From Candidatus Latescibacterota bacterium (GTDB taxonomy: Bacteria; Latescibacterota; UBA2968; UBA8231), in contig OZ241867.1 in assembly GCA_965203175.1 (NCBI GenBank), positions 6,400,001-6,464,000 of the forward strand: a stretch of DNA of 64,000 bases, given 5' to 3'. The notes beneath the pieces were generated by a model, which searched no databases, had not been told where the DNA came from, and saw only the letters and a program-made list of their open reading frames with translations. Numbering within the stretch: the first letter of the stretch is position 1; each line of letters starts with the position of its first letter. A program made the position numbers and the translations under genes. Shown here one piece after another: positions 10,217-18,674 of the stretch.

Positions 10217-10702
10217 TTAATCCTCGTCGCCATTGTGATGTTCGCCACCGTCATCCGTGTCCTTATGTTCGCCATCGTCATCCGTGTCCTTATAGGCAAT
10301 GGCGGCGATCTCGACGCGAAAGTCAAAGACGATCTGCGCTCCACCAGTGCAAGCCCGCGCTGGAAACTGCTCTTTAAAGTACGAGGCGTACGCCTTGTTC
10401 ATCTCGTGATAATCTTCAATGTCCGAGAGCCAGACAGTGACGTTGACGAGATCGTCGTACGCATACCCGTGCTCTTCAAGTATCCGCCCGATGTTTTTCA
10501 TGGTCTGATGAGTCTCGGCCGCGACTGACTCCTTGACGTCGGCACCGTCGGCCGTGCGGGCGATCTGGCCACTGATGAAGAGGAGACCGCCGGCTTGGCG
10601 GGCCGGGCTAAAAGGCAGGGTCTTGAGCGGTACGGCCTCTTGGGCAAAGGCTGGCGAAACGGCGAGCGCACACGCGAGCGCGGTGCGGATACAGCTTTTC
10701 AT
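10217..10702 (-). CDS. RidA/YjgF family protein with Sec signal peptide and acidic His-rich tail
   Basis: PFSPA, LFISGQI, MN..YA.YF, FPARAC (catalytic Arg), VEIAAIA; signal peptide ends at AFA-QE. Confidence 0.88.
   Translation of the reverse strand: MKSCIRTALACALAVSPAFAQEAVPLKTLPFSPARQAGGLLFISGQIARTADGADVKESVAAETHQTMKNIGRILEEHGYAYDDLVNVTVWLSDIEDYHEMNKAYASYFKEQFPARACTGGAQIVFDFRVEIAAIAYKDTDDDGEHKDTDDGGEHHNGDED
10238..10291. repeat. 27-bp tandem repeat x2 (1 mismatch) encoding the RidA tail KDTDD(D/G)GEH
   Basis: atgttcgcca(c/t)cgtcatccgtgtcctt occurs at 10238-10264 and 10265-10291. Confidence 0.9.
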
Positions 10703-10835
10703 AAGGTATCTCCTGGTTCGAGTTGAAGCCTGTTAATAAGCTCAAAAGGCCCTACGGCGACAACCGGCGCTGGGTCGCCGATGCGGGCCAGTGTTCTTTT
10801 TATTTTGTTGAAATAACGCTGTTACTGTATTTTTA

Positions 10836-10864
10836 TTGACAAAGGGATAATCTGCGCTTATTTT
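10836..10864 (+). promoter_or_regulatory. Sigma70-type promoter of the RM island (TTGACA-N17-TATTTT)
   Basis: Perfect -35 at 10836-10841, 17-nt spacer, TATTTT at 10859-10864, AT-rich upstream tract. Confidence 0.6.
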
Positions 10865-10916
10865 TGGTGCTGCACAGAATTTCACCGTTATCACCCCTAT
10901 CAAGGGGATTTCAATT

Positions 10917-11120
10917 ATGACTGAATCGACCTCCCTCGACCACGGCGAGCGCATCGGCCGCCTCGAAGGTATCATCGAACAAATTAACGAGCGTCTCAAC
11001 GGCATAACCCGTCGCCTCGACAGCCTAGAAATCAACCACCGCCGAGACTTTCGCTGGCTCATCGGCCTTCAGTTGGCTACGTGGGCTACCATCGTCGGAC
11101 TGAGATTATTTGGCGGATAG
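10917..11120 (+). CDS. Small coiled-coil protein with C-terminal TM helix (DUF1640/XhlA-like)
   Basis: Heptad-like RIGRLEGIIEQINERL...RLDSLE, then FRWLIGL TM; RBS aagggga. Confidence 0.75.
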   Translation: MTESTSLDHGERIGRLEGIIEQINERLNGITRRLDSLEINHRRDFRWLIGLQLATWATIVGLRLFGG

Positions 11121-11153
11121 CCGCCACATCATTTGAAACCTGTCGATTTCAAG

Positions 11154-11723
11154 ATGAAGACGCTTAAAGAGATCGCCCATGTCCAGATGGGCCTCGCCTT
11201 TCGTTCCCGCATTGAGCCGGAAGTGGATGGGACTGTTGCAGTCATTCAGATGCGCGACCTGACCGAGGATAATAAACTGAGCCATCGCAATCTGATCACT
11301 ATTAAAATGGATAGCCTTAGCGACCGCCATTTGGTAAAACGCAGAGATTTGATTTTTCGCTCTAGAAGGCAGACCACTACGGCGGCAATCATTGATACGA
11401 AAATTGGTCCGGCGGTTGTCGCGGCTCCGCTGTTGAGAATCCGGGTTACGAGCAAGCATGTTCTCCCGGAGTACCTGTGCTGGTTCGTCAACCAGCCGTC
11501 AGCCCAAGCGTTTTTGCACAGTAGAGCTACTGGAACGGCGATGACGGTGATCGGCAAATCCGCTCTCGATGATTTGCAAGTGCCCCTACCTCCTCTCGAA
11601 ACTCAGAAGCAAATCGTCGCCTTGGCCGATTTATCGAATAAGGAGCAGAAGCTGATGAGGGAGCTGGCGGCGAAGAAGGAAAAACTAGTCAACGGGATTC
11701 AGATGCGATTGGCAACCAAATAG
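11154..11723 (+). CDS. hsdS: Half-size type I restriction specificity subunit (single TRD)
   Basis: LKEIA.V..G, DLIFRSR, PEYL.WF.N, PLPPLETQ.QIV; lies immediately upstream of hsdM. Confidence 0.8.
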   Translation: MKTLKEIAHVQMGLAFRSRIEPEVDGTVAVIQMRDLTEDNKLSHRNLITIKMDSLSDRHLVKRRDLIFRSRRQTTTAAIIDTKIGPAVVAAPLLRIRVTSKHVLPEYLCWFVNQPSAQAFLHSRATGTAMTVIGKSALDDLQVPLPPLETQKQIVALADLSNKEQKLMRELAAKKEKLVNGIQMRLATK

Positions 11724-11735
11724 GAGCAGCGAGAT

Positions 11736-13400
11736 ATGAGCGATCAGATCCAACAGAAAGATATCAACAGCGCCGCTTGGGCAGCCTGCGACACCTTTCG
11801 CGGGGTGATGGATGCGGCGGGATACAAAGACTATATCCTCGTGATGCTATTCCTCAAATACATCTCCGATGTCTGGAAAGACCACTACGAGGAATATCAA
11901 GAAAGATACGGCGACAACGATGAGCGCATCCGGCGCAGGCTGAAAAACGAGCGCTTTGTCCTGCCAGAGGGCAGCAGCTTTTACGACCTCTATGAACGGC
12001 GCTCGGAAGCCAATGTTGGTGAGCTCATCAATATCGCGCTGGAGGCGATTGAAACGGAGAACAAAGAGAAGCTGGAAGATGTTTTCCGCAATATAGACTT
12101 CAACAGCGAGGCCAATCTCGGCAAAACCAGAGATCGCAATCGCCGCCTGAAAATGCTGCTGGAAGATTTCAACAAGCCCGAATTGAACATGAGCCCCAGC
12201 CGAGTTTCGGAAGACGTCATCGGCAATACCTATATATATCTGATCGAGCGTTTCGCCTCTGACGCCGGAAAAAAAGCCGGCGAATTCTACACGCCGCACA
12301 AAGTGTCCGAACTGGTGGCGAAACTGTGCTCTCCCAAGCCAGGTGCCCGCATCTGCGACCCCGCCTGCGGTTCCGCCGGACTGCTGATTGAGGCGGCCCG
12401 GCTAGTGGGCGGTAAGGACTACTCCCTGTACGGCATGGAGGTGAACGGCAGCACCTGGGCACTGGCGCGGATGAACATGTTTTTGCACGGTGCCGACTCC
12501 GCCCGCATCGAATGGTGCAATACCCTTACCTCCCCGACACTGGTGGAAAACAACCAACTGATAAAGTTCAATAACGTGGTCGCCAATCCGCCGTTTTCGC
12601 TCGACAAGTGGGGTGCAGAAGATGCCGACGCGGACCCGTACAACCGCTTTTGGCGCGGGGTGCCGCCCAAATCCAAGGGCGATTACGCTTTCATCAGTCA
12701 CATGATAGAAGCGGCTTTGGAAAAAGAGGGGAGGGTCGCGGTGGTGGCTCCGCACGGCGTTTTGTTTCGGGGCGCTGCTGAAGGGCGCATTCGCAAACAA
12801 TTGATTGAAGAAAACCTGCTCGACGCCGTCATCGGCTTGCCCGGCAATCTGTTCCCTACGACCTCAATACCGGTGGCCATTTTGGTCTTTGACCGCTCGC
12901 GTGAGCAAGGGGGCGTGAATGGGCACCGCAAAGACGTTCTGTTTGTCGATGCAAGCCGCGAATATCAAGCGGGCAAGAATCAAAACACCTTGCTGGACGA
13001 GCACCTCGAAAAGATCACCGCTGCTTATGAAAAACGTGAAGATGTGGATAAATACGCCCACCTCGCCACCTTTGAAGAAATCGTGGAAAACGACTTCAAC
13101 CTGAATATTCCGCGCTATGTGGACACCTTTGAGGAAGAAGAGGAGATTGATATTGACGCGGTGGGTAGGGAGATCGATCAATTGGAAAAGGAATTGAGTG
13201 TGGTGCGTGGAGCGATGGGGAAGTTGTTGAAGGGGATCGACCGCGAGGGTGGGCTTGATCGGTTATTCCAATCTTGGACGGATGAGGGCGATGCAGACGA
13301 ACAGCGGGAGACGCTTGAGCATCTCATTAAGGCGCTGGATGAAAACCGGCCGGCCGACCGCAAGCTCTTTCCAAAGGAACAGAAGGGGAAGAGTTGGTGA
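11736..13400 (+). CDS. hsdM: Type I RM methyltransferase subunit (m6A) with ~50-aa C-terminal extension
   Basis: LFLKYISD, GEFYTP, DPACGS (motif I), NPPF (motif IV), PHGVLFRG, NLNIPRYV. Confidence 0.97.
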   Translation: MSDQIQQKDINSAAWAACDTFRGVMDAAGYKDYILVMLFLKYISDVWKDHYEEYQERYGDNDERIRRRLKNERFVLPEGSSFYDLYERRSEANVGELINIALEAIETENKEKLEDVFRNIDFNSEANLGKTRDRNRRLKMLLEDFNKPELNMSPSRVSEDVIGNTYIYLIERFASDAGKKAGEFYTPHKVSELVAKLCSPKPGARICDPACGSAGLLIEAARLVGGKDYSLYGMEVNGSTWALARMNMFLHGADSARIEWCNTLTSPTLVENNQLIKFNNVVANPPFSLDKWGAEDADADPYNRFWRGVPPKSKGDYAFISHMIEAALEKEGRVAVVAPHGVLFRGAAEGRIRKQLIEENLLDAVIGLPGNLFPTTSIPVAILVFDRSREQGGVNGHRKDVLFVDASREYQAGKNQNTLLDEHLEKITAAYEKREDVDKYAHLATFEEIVENDFNLNIPRYVDTFEEEEEIDIDAVGREIDQLEKELSVVRGAMGKLLKGIDREGGLDRLFQSWTDEGDADEQRETLEHLIKALDENRPADRKLFPKEQKGKSW

Positions 13401-13846
13401 GCCAGATCGTACTGCTCGATAGCGGCCCCCTCGGTCTGGTAACCAGTCCAAGCGGCTCGGGAGAGGCTGCGGAATGTAGGGACTGGTTTCAGCAAGTGGA
13501 AGCTGGAGACTCGATGGTAATGGTGCCAGAGATCGCCGACTACGAGGTTCGGCGCGAGTTGCTTCGGGCGGGCAAAATTAGAGGCATTGAGCGGCTTGAC
13601 GCACTTATCGCTCAGGTCAATTACTTGCCTATTACGACCAATGCCATGCGCCGAGCCGCAGCCTACTGGGCCGATGCTCGTCAGCAGGGTCGGCCAACGG
13701 CAGCCGATCCGGCCCTTGACGGCGATGTAATATTGGCGGCGCAAGCGGCAACGCTGAACTGGACGGATGTGGTTGTGGCGACGACGAACGTAAGGCATCT
13801 ATCTCGTTTCGTTCAGGCAGAGATATGGTTCGACATTGCTGGATGA
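13397..13846 (+). CDS. PIN-domain (VapC-like) ribonuclease toxin
   Basis: LLDSGPLG, PEIADYEVRRELLR, LDGDVILAAQA, ATTN.RH; GTGA overlap with the hsdM stop. Confidence 0.85.
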   Translation: MSQIVLLDSGPLGLVTSPSGSGEAAECRDWFQQVEAGDSMVMVPEIADYEVRRELLRAGKIRGIERLDALIAQVNYLPITTNAMRRAAAYWADARQQGRPTAADPALDGDVILAAQAATLNWTDVVVATTNVRHLSRFVQAEIWFDIAG

Positions 13847-13916
13847 GGCCGTAAAGCAGGCCACGGGAAGACGGCCCGTAACACTTCCTCGAACGAAGCC
13901 AAGGTCGCATAAAAAC

Positions 13917-14309
13917 ATGAGACGACGAGAAGCCCGCCTCATTTTGGGTGTGGGTGAGGACGCTACCACAGAAACGATAAAGTCAGCGTTTCGCCGCTAT
14001 GCCCTCAAGCACCACCCCGATCGCAATCCGGACAACCCGGTTGCCGAAGAGGCATTTAAGGAGGGTGCTCATGCCTATCGCTTGCTGACGGGACAGGAGG
14101 GGACCGATCTGGATGAATTGTTAGAGCAATTTGAGGATATAGAGCAGTCCTTCGACAAAATGAAGCAGTCCTTTGACGAATTTGGAAAAAGTATGTCAGA
14201 AGGACTCGACCGGATCGAAACCAAGATGTCCCGCATGTTTAAGTGGACCATCTTCTTGATGATTTTCACGACCCTATCGTTGGTTCTTCTCATTCTGTTC
14301 GGTTTCTGA
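13917..14309 (+). CDS. J-domain protein with coiled coil and C-terminal TM anchor
   Basis: ILGV...A....IKSAFRRYALKHHPDRNP...AEEAFK (HPD intact); hydrophobic C-terminus. Confidence 0.85.
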   Translation: MRRREARLILGVGEDATTETIKSAFRRYALKHHPDRNPDNPVAEEAFKEGAHAYRLLTGQEGTDLDELLEQFEDIEQSFDKMKQSFDEFGKSMSEGLDRIETKMSRMFKWTIFLMIFTTLSLVLLILFGF

Positions 14310-14335
14310 TTTTGCTGGTGGCTGAGCTATTTCCC

Positions 14336-14572
14336 GTGGATCGCTCCGTTATTCACATCCAATATATTGGAGAGAAAGTGCTGCTCCCACAGAGAGAATT
14401 CGAACGACTGGTGGAACTGGCACAGCAATATGAAGAGATTATCGTGCGAAGACAGGAAGATGATGTGCCAATATGGGATATTATGCGCTTGGTGGAACAA
14501 AGTGGCGCATTTGGCTTCTAGAAAGAGGAAGAGGAAGACATTTACTCCTCCGAGGACGGAGAGCCGGTGTGA
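14336..14572 (+). pseudogene. Small antitoxin-like gene with premature TAG (likely TGG>TAG)
   Basis: ...MRLVEQSGAFGF*KEEEEDIYSSEDGEPV*. I recognise 'AF.FW.EEEEDIY' as a typical small-antitoxin tail; stop at 14519-14521; start position approximate. Confidence 0.55.
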
Positions 14573-14629
14573 CGCGCCCAACGCGAATACGCAAAAACCT
14601 ATTGGCAGGCATACAAGGATTCCCAGTGA
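14573..14629 (+). pseudogene. 3' remnant of RelE/HigB-like addiction module toxin
   Basis: RAQREYAKTYWQAYKDSQ* resembles the 'AK.YW.DY' end of addiction-module killer proteins; its TGA overlaps the antitoxin ATG. Confidence 0.55.
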
Positions 14630-14955
14630 TGAGAAAAATGAGAAAATACCACGATTACCTGATGGAAGAACTATCTGACCGTGAGAAGGCCATCTCCTAC
14701 CTTCAAACGGCATTGGAAGAATACCGAATAGACGGGCACAGTATAGCTCTTTATCTCGCATTGAATCAGGCTGTTGAAGCACAGGGCGGCGTTCAAGAAT
14801 TCGCGCTGAGAACCCACAGCGATCCACAGGCCGTTTCGGATGCCTTGTTGAGCAAGAATGAGACGCAGATTACTAGAGTAATAGCAAGACTGTCAGAGGA
14901 GGATTGCGAGAGCAGCGATTCGGAAATTCCGAAGTGTTCAAAGGGAAGGTCGTAG
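14629..14955 (+). CDS. Orphan addiction-module antidote (HI1420-like HTH antitoxin)
   Basis: YHDYLMEELSD.E.AI.YLQTALEEY..DG...L.LAL...VEAQGGV pattern. Confidence 0.7.
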   Translation: MRKMRKYHDYLMEELSDREKAISYLQTALEEYRIDGHSIALYLALNQAVEAQGGVQEFALRTHSDPQAVSDALLSKNETQITRVIARLSEEDCESSDSEIPKCSKGRS

Positions 14956-15380
14956 AGTGACTTTGAGTAGCAAAACGGCGAAAAATGAGACGTTGCCGAA
15001 AGGGTGGCGAAGAGTGAAATTGGGGGAATTGTGTGAAAAAACCTTGGGAGGAGGCACTCCTTCAACTGCAAATACTGACTATTGGAAAGGCCATATTCCA
15101 TGGATGACTAGTGCTGATATTGTGAATGCAAAAACTATAAAACCGAGAAAATATATTACTGATAAGGCGATGGCTAATTCAGCTACAAATCTGATTCCAA
15201 AAAATAATATTATAGTCGTAACGCGAGTTGGACTAGGTAAGGCCGTCAAAAATGAAATGGATATTTGTATCAGCCAAGATTCTCAGGGTTTAATATTGAA
15301 GCAATCTGTCATACCAGACTTTTTGATTCATTCACTAATTGAAAAAATAAAAGTTTTCAAATTGACAAGCCAAGGTTCTA

Positions 15381-16610
15381 GGTCGTAGCTTGTGATTATC
15401 TCAGTCCAACCGGACAAAGTCGCATGAGTTCCAGAGAGGAATAGAGATGATCGGCGATGCCGGCGGCCATCGCCGGACTCCTGTGTTGCCATCGGCCTTC
15501 TTGCGTCGGCTGTCGCAAGGACCGATGCGGATGATGAAAATTGTAGCGCACCGCACCAATCCAACTGAGGGCATCATGCCGATCCGTCCGACGCGAAAAG
15601 TGCAGGGTTTTGCGCCCCTTTCGTGCGTTGCGCATCCGATCGGTCAGGTTGAACCGCTCAATGGCGCTGGTGTTGGCTTTCGTCCAGCCCAAATCGGCTA
15701 CGACTTGGGCCAATTTGCCCTTGCCAAAGATCGGTCGGACTTCCATCTGTTGGATCCGCCCCCCTTGCCGATGTTTGACAATCTGGGCATACACCAGCGC
15801 TTGGGGGATCCGCACCACCGGGGCCGGGGGTCGGCCGCGGGGGCCTCGACGCGGCACGGGATAGGCCCGACCAAAGGTAGCTACAATCGCTTCGCGATAG
15901 GTCGGTTCGCCATCGGTAAACAGCGCCGGCAGCCCCGCCTTGGCAGCCAGCCGCTCGGCCGCGTCGGCCACCACTTGGTGAATCGTGCGGGTCGTACGGC
16001 GTCCAGGCACCAGCGATACCAGCAGTTTGCTCTGCGGATCCAAGCTGTTGGCATCCCAATAATCCCCCCGTTCACTCGGATCGTCCATCGGCGTCATGTG
16101 CCGTTGTTTTTTGGCCACATACGACCATTTCTCATCAAACTGGAGGGCCGCTGGATGCACGTTACGAACCAGCCGATCATGCAGTTGATAGCTGATCCGG
16201 CCCCCCACGCGCAGCAGACGACCAACCGCATCCTTGGATACCCCCACCAAGCGCGCCGTGGCATTCAAGCCACAGGCACTATCCAGATGCTCCATCACCG
16301 ACACGGCTTGCGCCTCGCTGATCTTGCAGTTAAACAACGCCGTGCCTTTGCGCTCGCTAAATTCCTCGCCGCAGCACCGACAGCGCAGATAGCGAATCCG
16401 ATCCGCCCCATAGATCTTGCGCACCCGCAGGTTGGCTTGGCCGCGTTGGCCGTAGGTCTTGCATTGGGTATTGAGACAGCACAAATTCTCCAACGCTGGT
16501 CTTGGCTCTTGCATCTTTATCCCTCCTTGCTTGGCGGTTTGGAGAGATAAATAAAGAGCACAAGGCCAGCACTAGACCTAACTGGTCTGAGATAATCTCA
16601 CGTTACGACC
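15381..16610 (-). mobile_element. IS1-family insertion sequence, 1230 bp
   Basis: IRs GGTCGTAGCTTGTGATTATCTCAG vs GGTCGTAACGTGAGATTATCTCAG (21/24); 8-bp TSD AGGTTCTA at 15373-15380 and 16611-16618. Confidence 0.95.
15396..16514 (-). CDS. IS1-family transposase (single ORF: Zn ribbon, HTH, DDE)
   Basis: CLNTQC...CRCC, HTH (ATARLVGVSKDAV), FDEKW, FTDG, IERFN. Confidence 0.9.
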   Translation of the reverse strand: MQEPRPALENLCCLNTQCKTYGQRGQANLRVRKIYGADRIRYLRCRCCGEEFSERKGTALFNCKISEAQAVSVMEHLDSACGLNATARLVGVSKDAVGRLLRVGGRISYQLHDRLVRNVHPAALQFDEKWSYVAKKQRHMTPMDDPSERGDYWDANSLDPQSKLLVSLVPGRRTTRTIHQVVADAAERLAAKAGLPALFTDGEPTYREAIVATFGRAYPVPRRGPRGRPPAPVVRIPQALVYAQIVKHRQGGRIQQMEVRPIFGKGKLAQVVADLGWTKANTSAIERFNLTDRMRNARKGRKTLHFSRRTDRHDALSWIGAVRYNFHHPHRSLRQPTQEGRWQHRSPAMAAGIADHLYSSLELMRLCPVGLR

Positions 16611-17442
16611 AGGTTCTACTATTCAGGGGATAACAAAAAAACGACTCCTTGATATTGAAATCCCCCTACCACCGCTCTATCAGCAAAAAGCCATCGCCTC
16701 CCTATTGGAAACATGGGACACGGCGATTGAGAAAACCGAAGCACTGATCGCGGCGAAGGAGAAGCAATTTAAGTGGTTGCTGAAAACTCTTATCAGCGAT
16801 CAGCAAGATAATCCTGAATGGCGAAAAGTGAAGTTGGGTGAGTTTGGAACCTTCTACAAAGGGAAAGGAATCACAAAAGCCGACTTGGTTGAGGACGGCA
16901 TCCCGTGCCTACGTTACGCCGAAATCTACACGAAATACGATGGTATAGTTAATGAGTTGACCTCCTCCGTCAGTCCAGATGCAGCTACTAAGGCTGCTCC
17001 GATTCAGTCTGGCGACATCATCTTCGCTGCTTCCGGGGAAACGACTGCCGAAATCGGGAAGACCATCGCCTTCGTTGGCCACTACCCGGCTGTTGCTGGC
17101 GGTGATACCGTAATTTTTCGTGATCACGGGCAGGAACCAGCCTATTTGGCATACGTGCTCAATTCCTCAGATGCAGCAAGGCAAAAGGCCCGTCTCGGCA
17201 AAGGTCAATCTGTCGTCCATATTCATGTCCCGGAGCTTTTTCAGGTTGAGGTGTCTCTTCCTCCTCTACATGAACAACGCAAAATCGTCAAAATTTTGGC
17301 CACTTGGAACACGGCGATTGAGAAAACCAAAGCCCTATCCGAGCAATACCACACTCAAAAACGCGGATTGATGCAGAAGTTGCTGACGGGGAAATGGAAG
17401 ATCCAAATATGACTGACTTATTTTTCATAAGGAGATTGAAAC

Positions 17443-18627
17443 ATGGTTTATGAGATTGATAAAGATAAAGATGGTATGCCGACGTGTGGTTTTGCTGCTG
17501 AATCTGCAAGAGCAGGTAGCAAGGTTAAAATGATTTATAGGGATTTTATAACTCCGTTGAATCGACCTCTGTTTTATGAAACACTTGAAAGTTTAGGAAG
17601 TAGTTATTTACCAGACGGTATGTCACCTGGATGTATTGAAACTATGATTGGAGTTGTTAGAAGAGATGGAAGTGCAACTGTTTATATAAATGAAGATATT
17701 GAAATCACAATGAAAATGCGGGCGGCTAATTCAATAAAGAAAGGTCAAGGAGTTAGAAAATCTGATATTGCAGATATAAAAGAATTGAGTACAAACATTG
17801 TAATCCCTGACGATTGTGGATTCTTTTTTATTTTTCATGTTGGATGGATGCGCTGTTGTTATTACGATTTTAGTACAAGCATTCCTGATATTGTTTTGGA
17901 AAAAAGTAAACTACCTGAATCTATACGTGTGAGAAGTTACCACATCCCTGAAATACTGGGCAGATGTTACCGATCAGTTTTCTTTCGCGAACGTCTTTAT
18001 CATACAGATCACGAGTGGGATCTGATGTTTAAAAACGGATGGTTTCCCTTTTTTGGATTAAATGAAGATCATTTGAAAAAACTTAAAAATTTTTGGCAGC
18101 AAGAATGGGAAACAGACGACATTGTATCCGATGTAGCCAAAGATTTGAAAAGGAGATTGCCAAAACTGCTTGAAAGCTGGGAAGAATATGAGGGAATAGC
18201 TGAATATCATTCAGAAGACTTGAAAGATGCAGTTGAAGATTTTATGAGAGATGATCATAGAAGGTGTGGGCGAAATTTATATATAAAAATCGAAGGCATC
18301 ATGCGTTCTGACTACATGACTTCAAAGTATCGTGAAACCATCTTACAAGAAGAAGAAATTGAATCTCCGAATACGGATAAATTGAGGAAGTTTGTGACGA
18401 CTATTGACGACGTAAGCGGCTTATTATTACCAGACAGATTCAAAGAGTATTTGAAGAAAGTTTATTTTTCTCAAACTAATATCAGAAATGAAAACGCTAG
18501 ACCTGCAAGAAATTCTACTGCACATGGGTATGCGGGGAACTGGACAGAAGAAACATCGGTTGTTGCCTTTTTGATTGTTGAACAGATTATGCGATATATT
18601 ATGGAAAGACAATGGGAATTAGAATAA
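17443..18627 (+). CDS. AT-rich hypothetical protein with C-terminal HEPN-like RxxxxH motif
   Basis: RBS aaggag; IEGIMR...RNSTAHG (18508-18525); much lower GC than its neighbours. Confidence 0.75.
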   Translation: MVYEIDKDKDGMPTCGFAAESARAGSKVKMIYRDFITPLNRPLFYETLESLGSSYLPDGMSPGCIETMIGVVRRDGSATVYINEDIEITMKMRAANSIKKGQGVRKSDIADIKELSTNIVIPDDCGFFFIFHVGWMRCCYYDFSTSIPDIVLEKSKLPESIRVRSYHIPEILGRCYRSVFFRERLYHTDHEWDLMFKNGWFPFFGLNEDHLKKLKNFWQQEWETDDIVSDVAKDLKRRLPKLLESWEEYEGIAEYHSEDLKDAVEDFMRDDHRRCGRNLYIKIEGIMRSDYMTSKYRETILQEEEIESPNTDKLRKFVTTIDDVSGLLLPDRFKEYLKKVYFSQTNIRNENARPARNSTAHGYAGNWTEETSVVAFLIVEQIMRYIMERQWELE

Positions 18628-18674
18628 TCTCTGTCCACCTGCGAATAAATTCTCAATACAGAAGAGCTTTACAA

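Larger units (their letters stand above)
14957..17412 (+). pseudogene. hsdS: Type I specificity subunit interrupted by an IS1-family element
   Basis: LPKGWRRVKLGE, GGTPST. Removing 15381-16618 restores an open 405-aa frame (..SQGS-TIQGITKK..IPLPP..QKRGLMQKLLTG). Confidence 0.92.

Noticed and set aside
10238-10291. Tandem repeat as a mini-CRISPR
   Set aside because: Two adjacent units with no spacer, in frame within a CDS, and no cas genes.
10748-10810. GC-rich hairpin plus T-tract at the left edge of the RM island (similar GTAGGG hairpin at 7267-7301) as a REP or att site
   Set aside because: Only about 8 bp are shared, there is no matching copy at the right island edge, and no integrase or tRNA is present. 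It may be a simple terminator.
15447-16550. 367-aa plus-strand ORF inside the IS
   Set aside because: Antisense shadow of the transposase, with no recognisable motifs.
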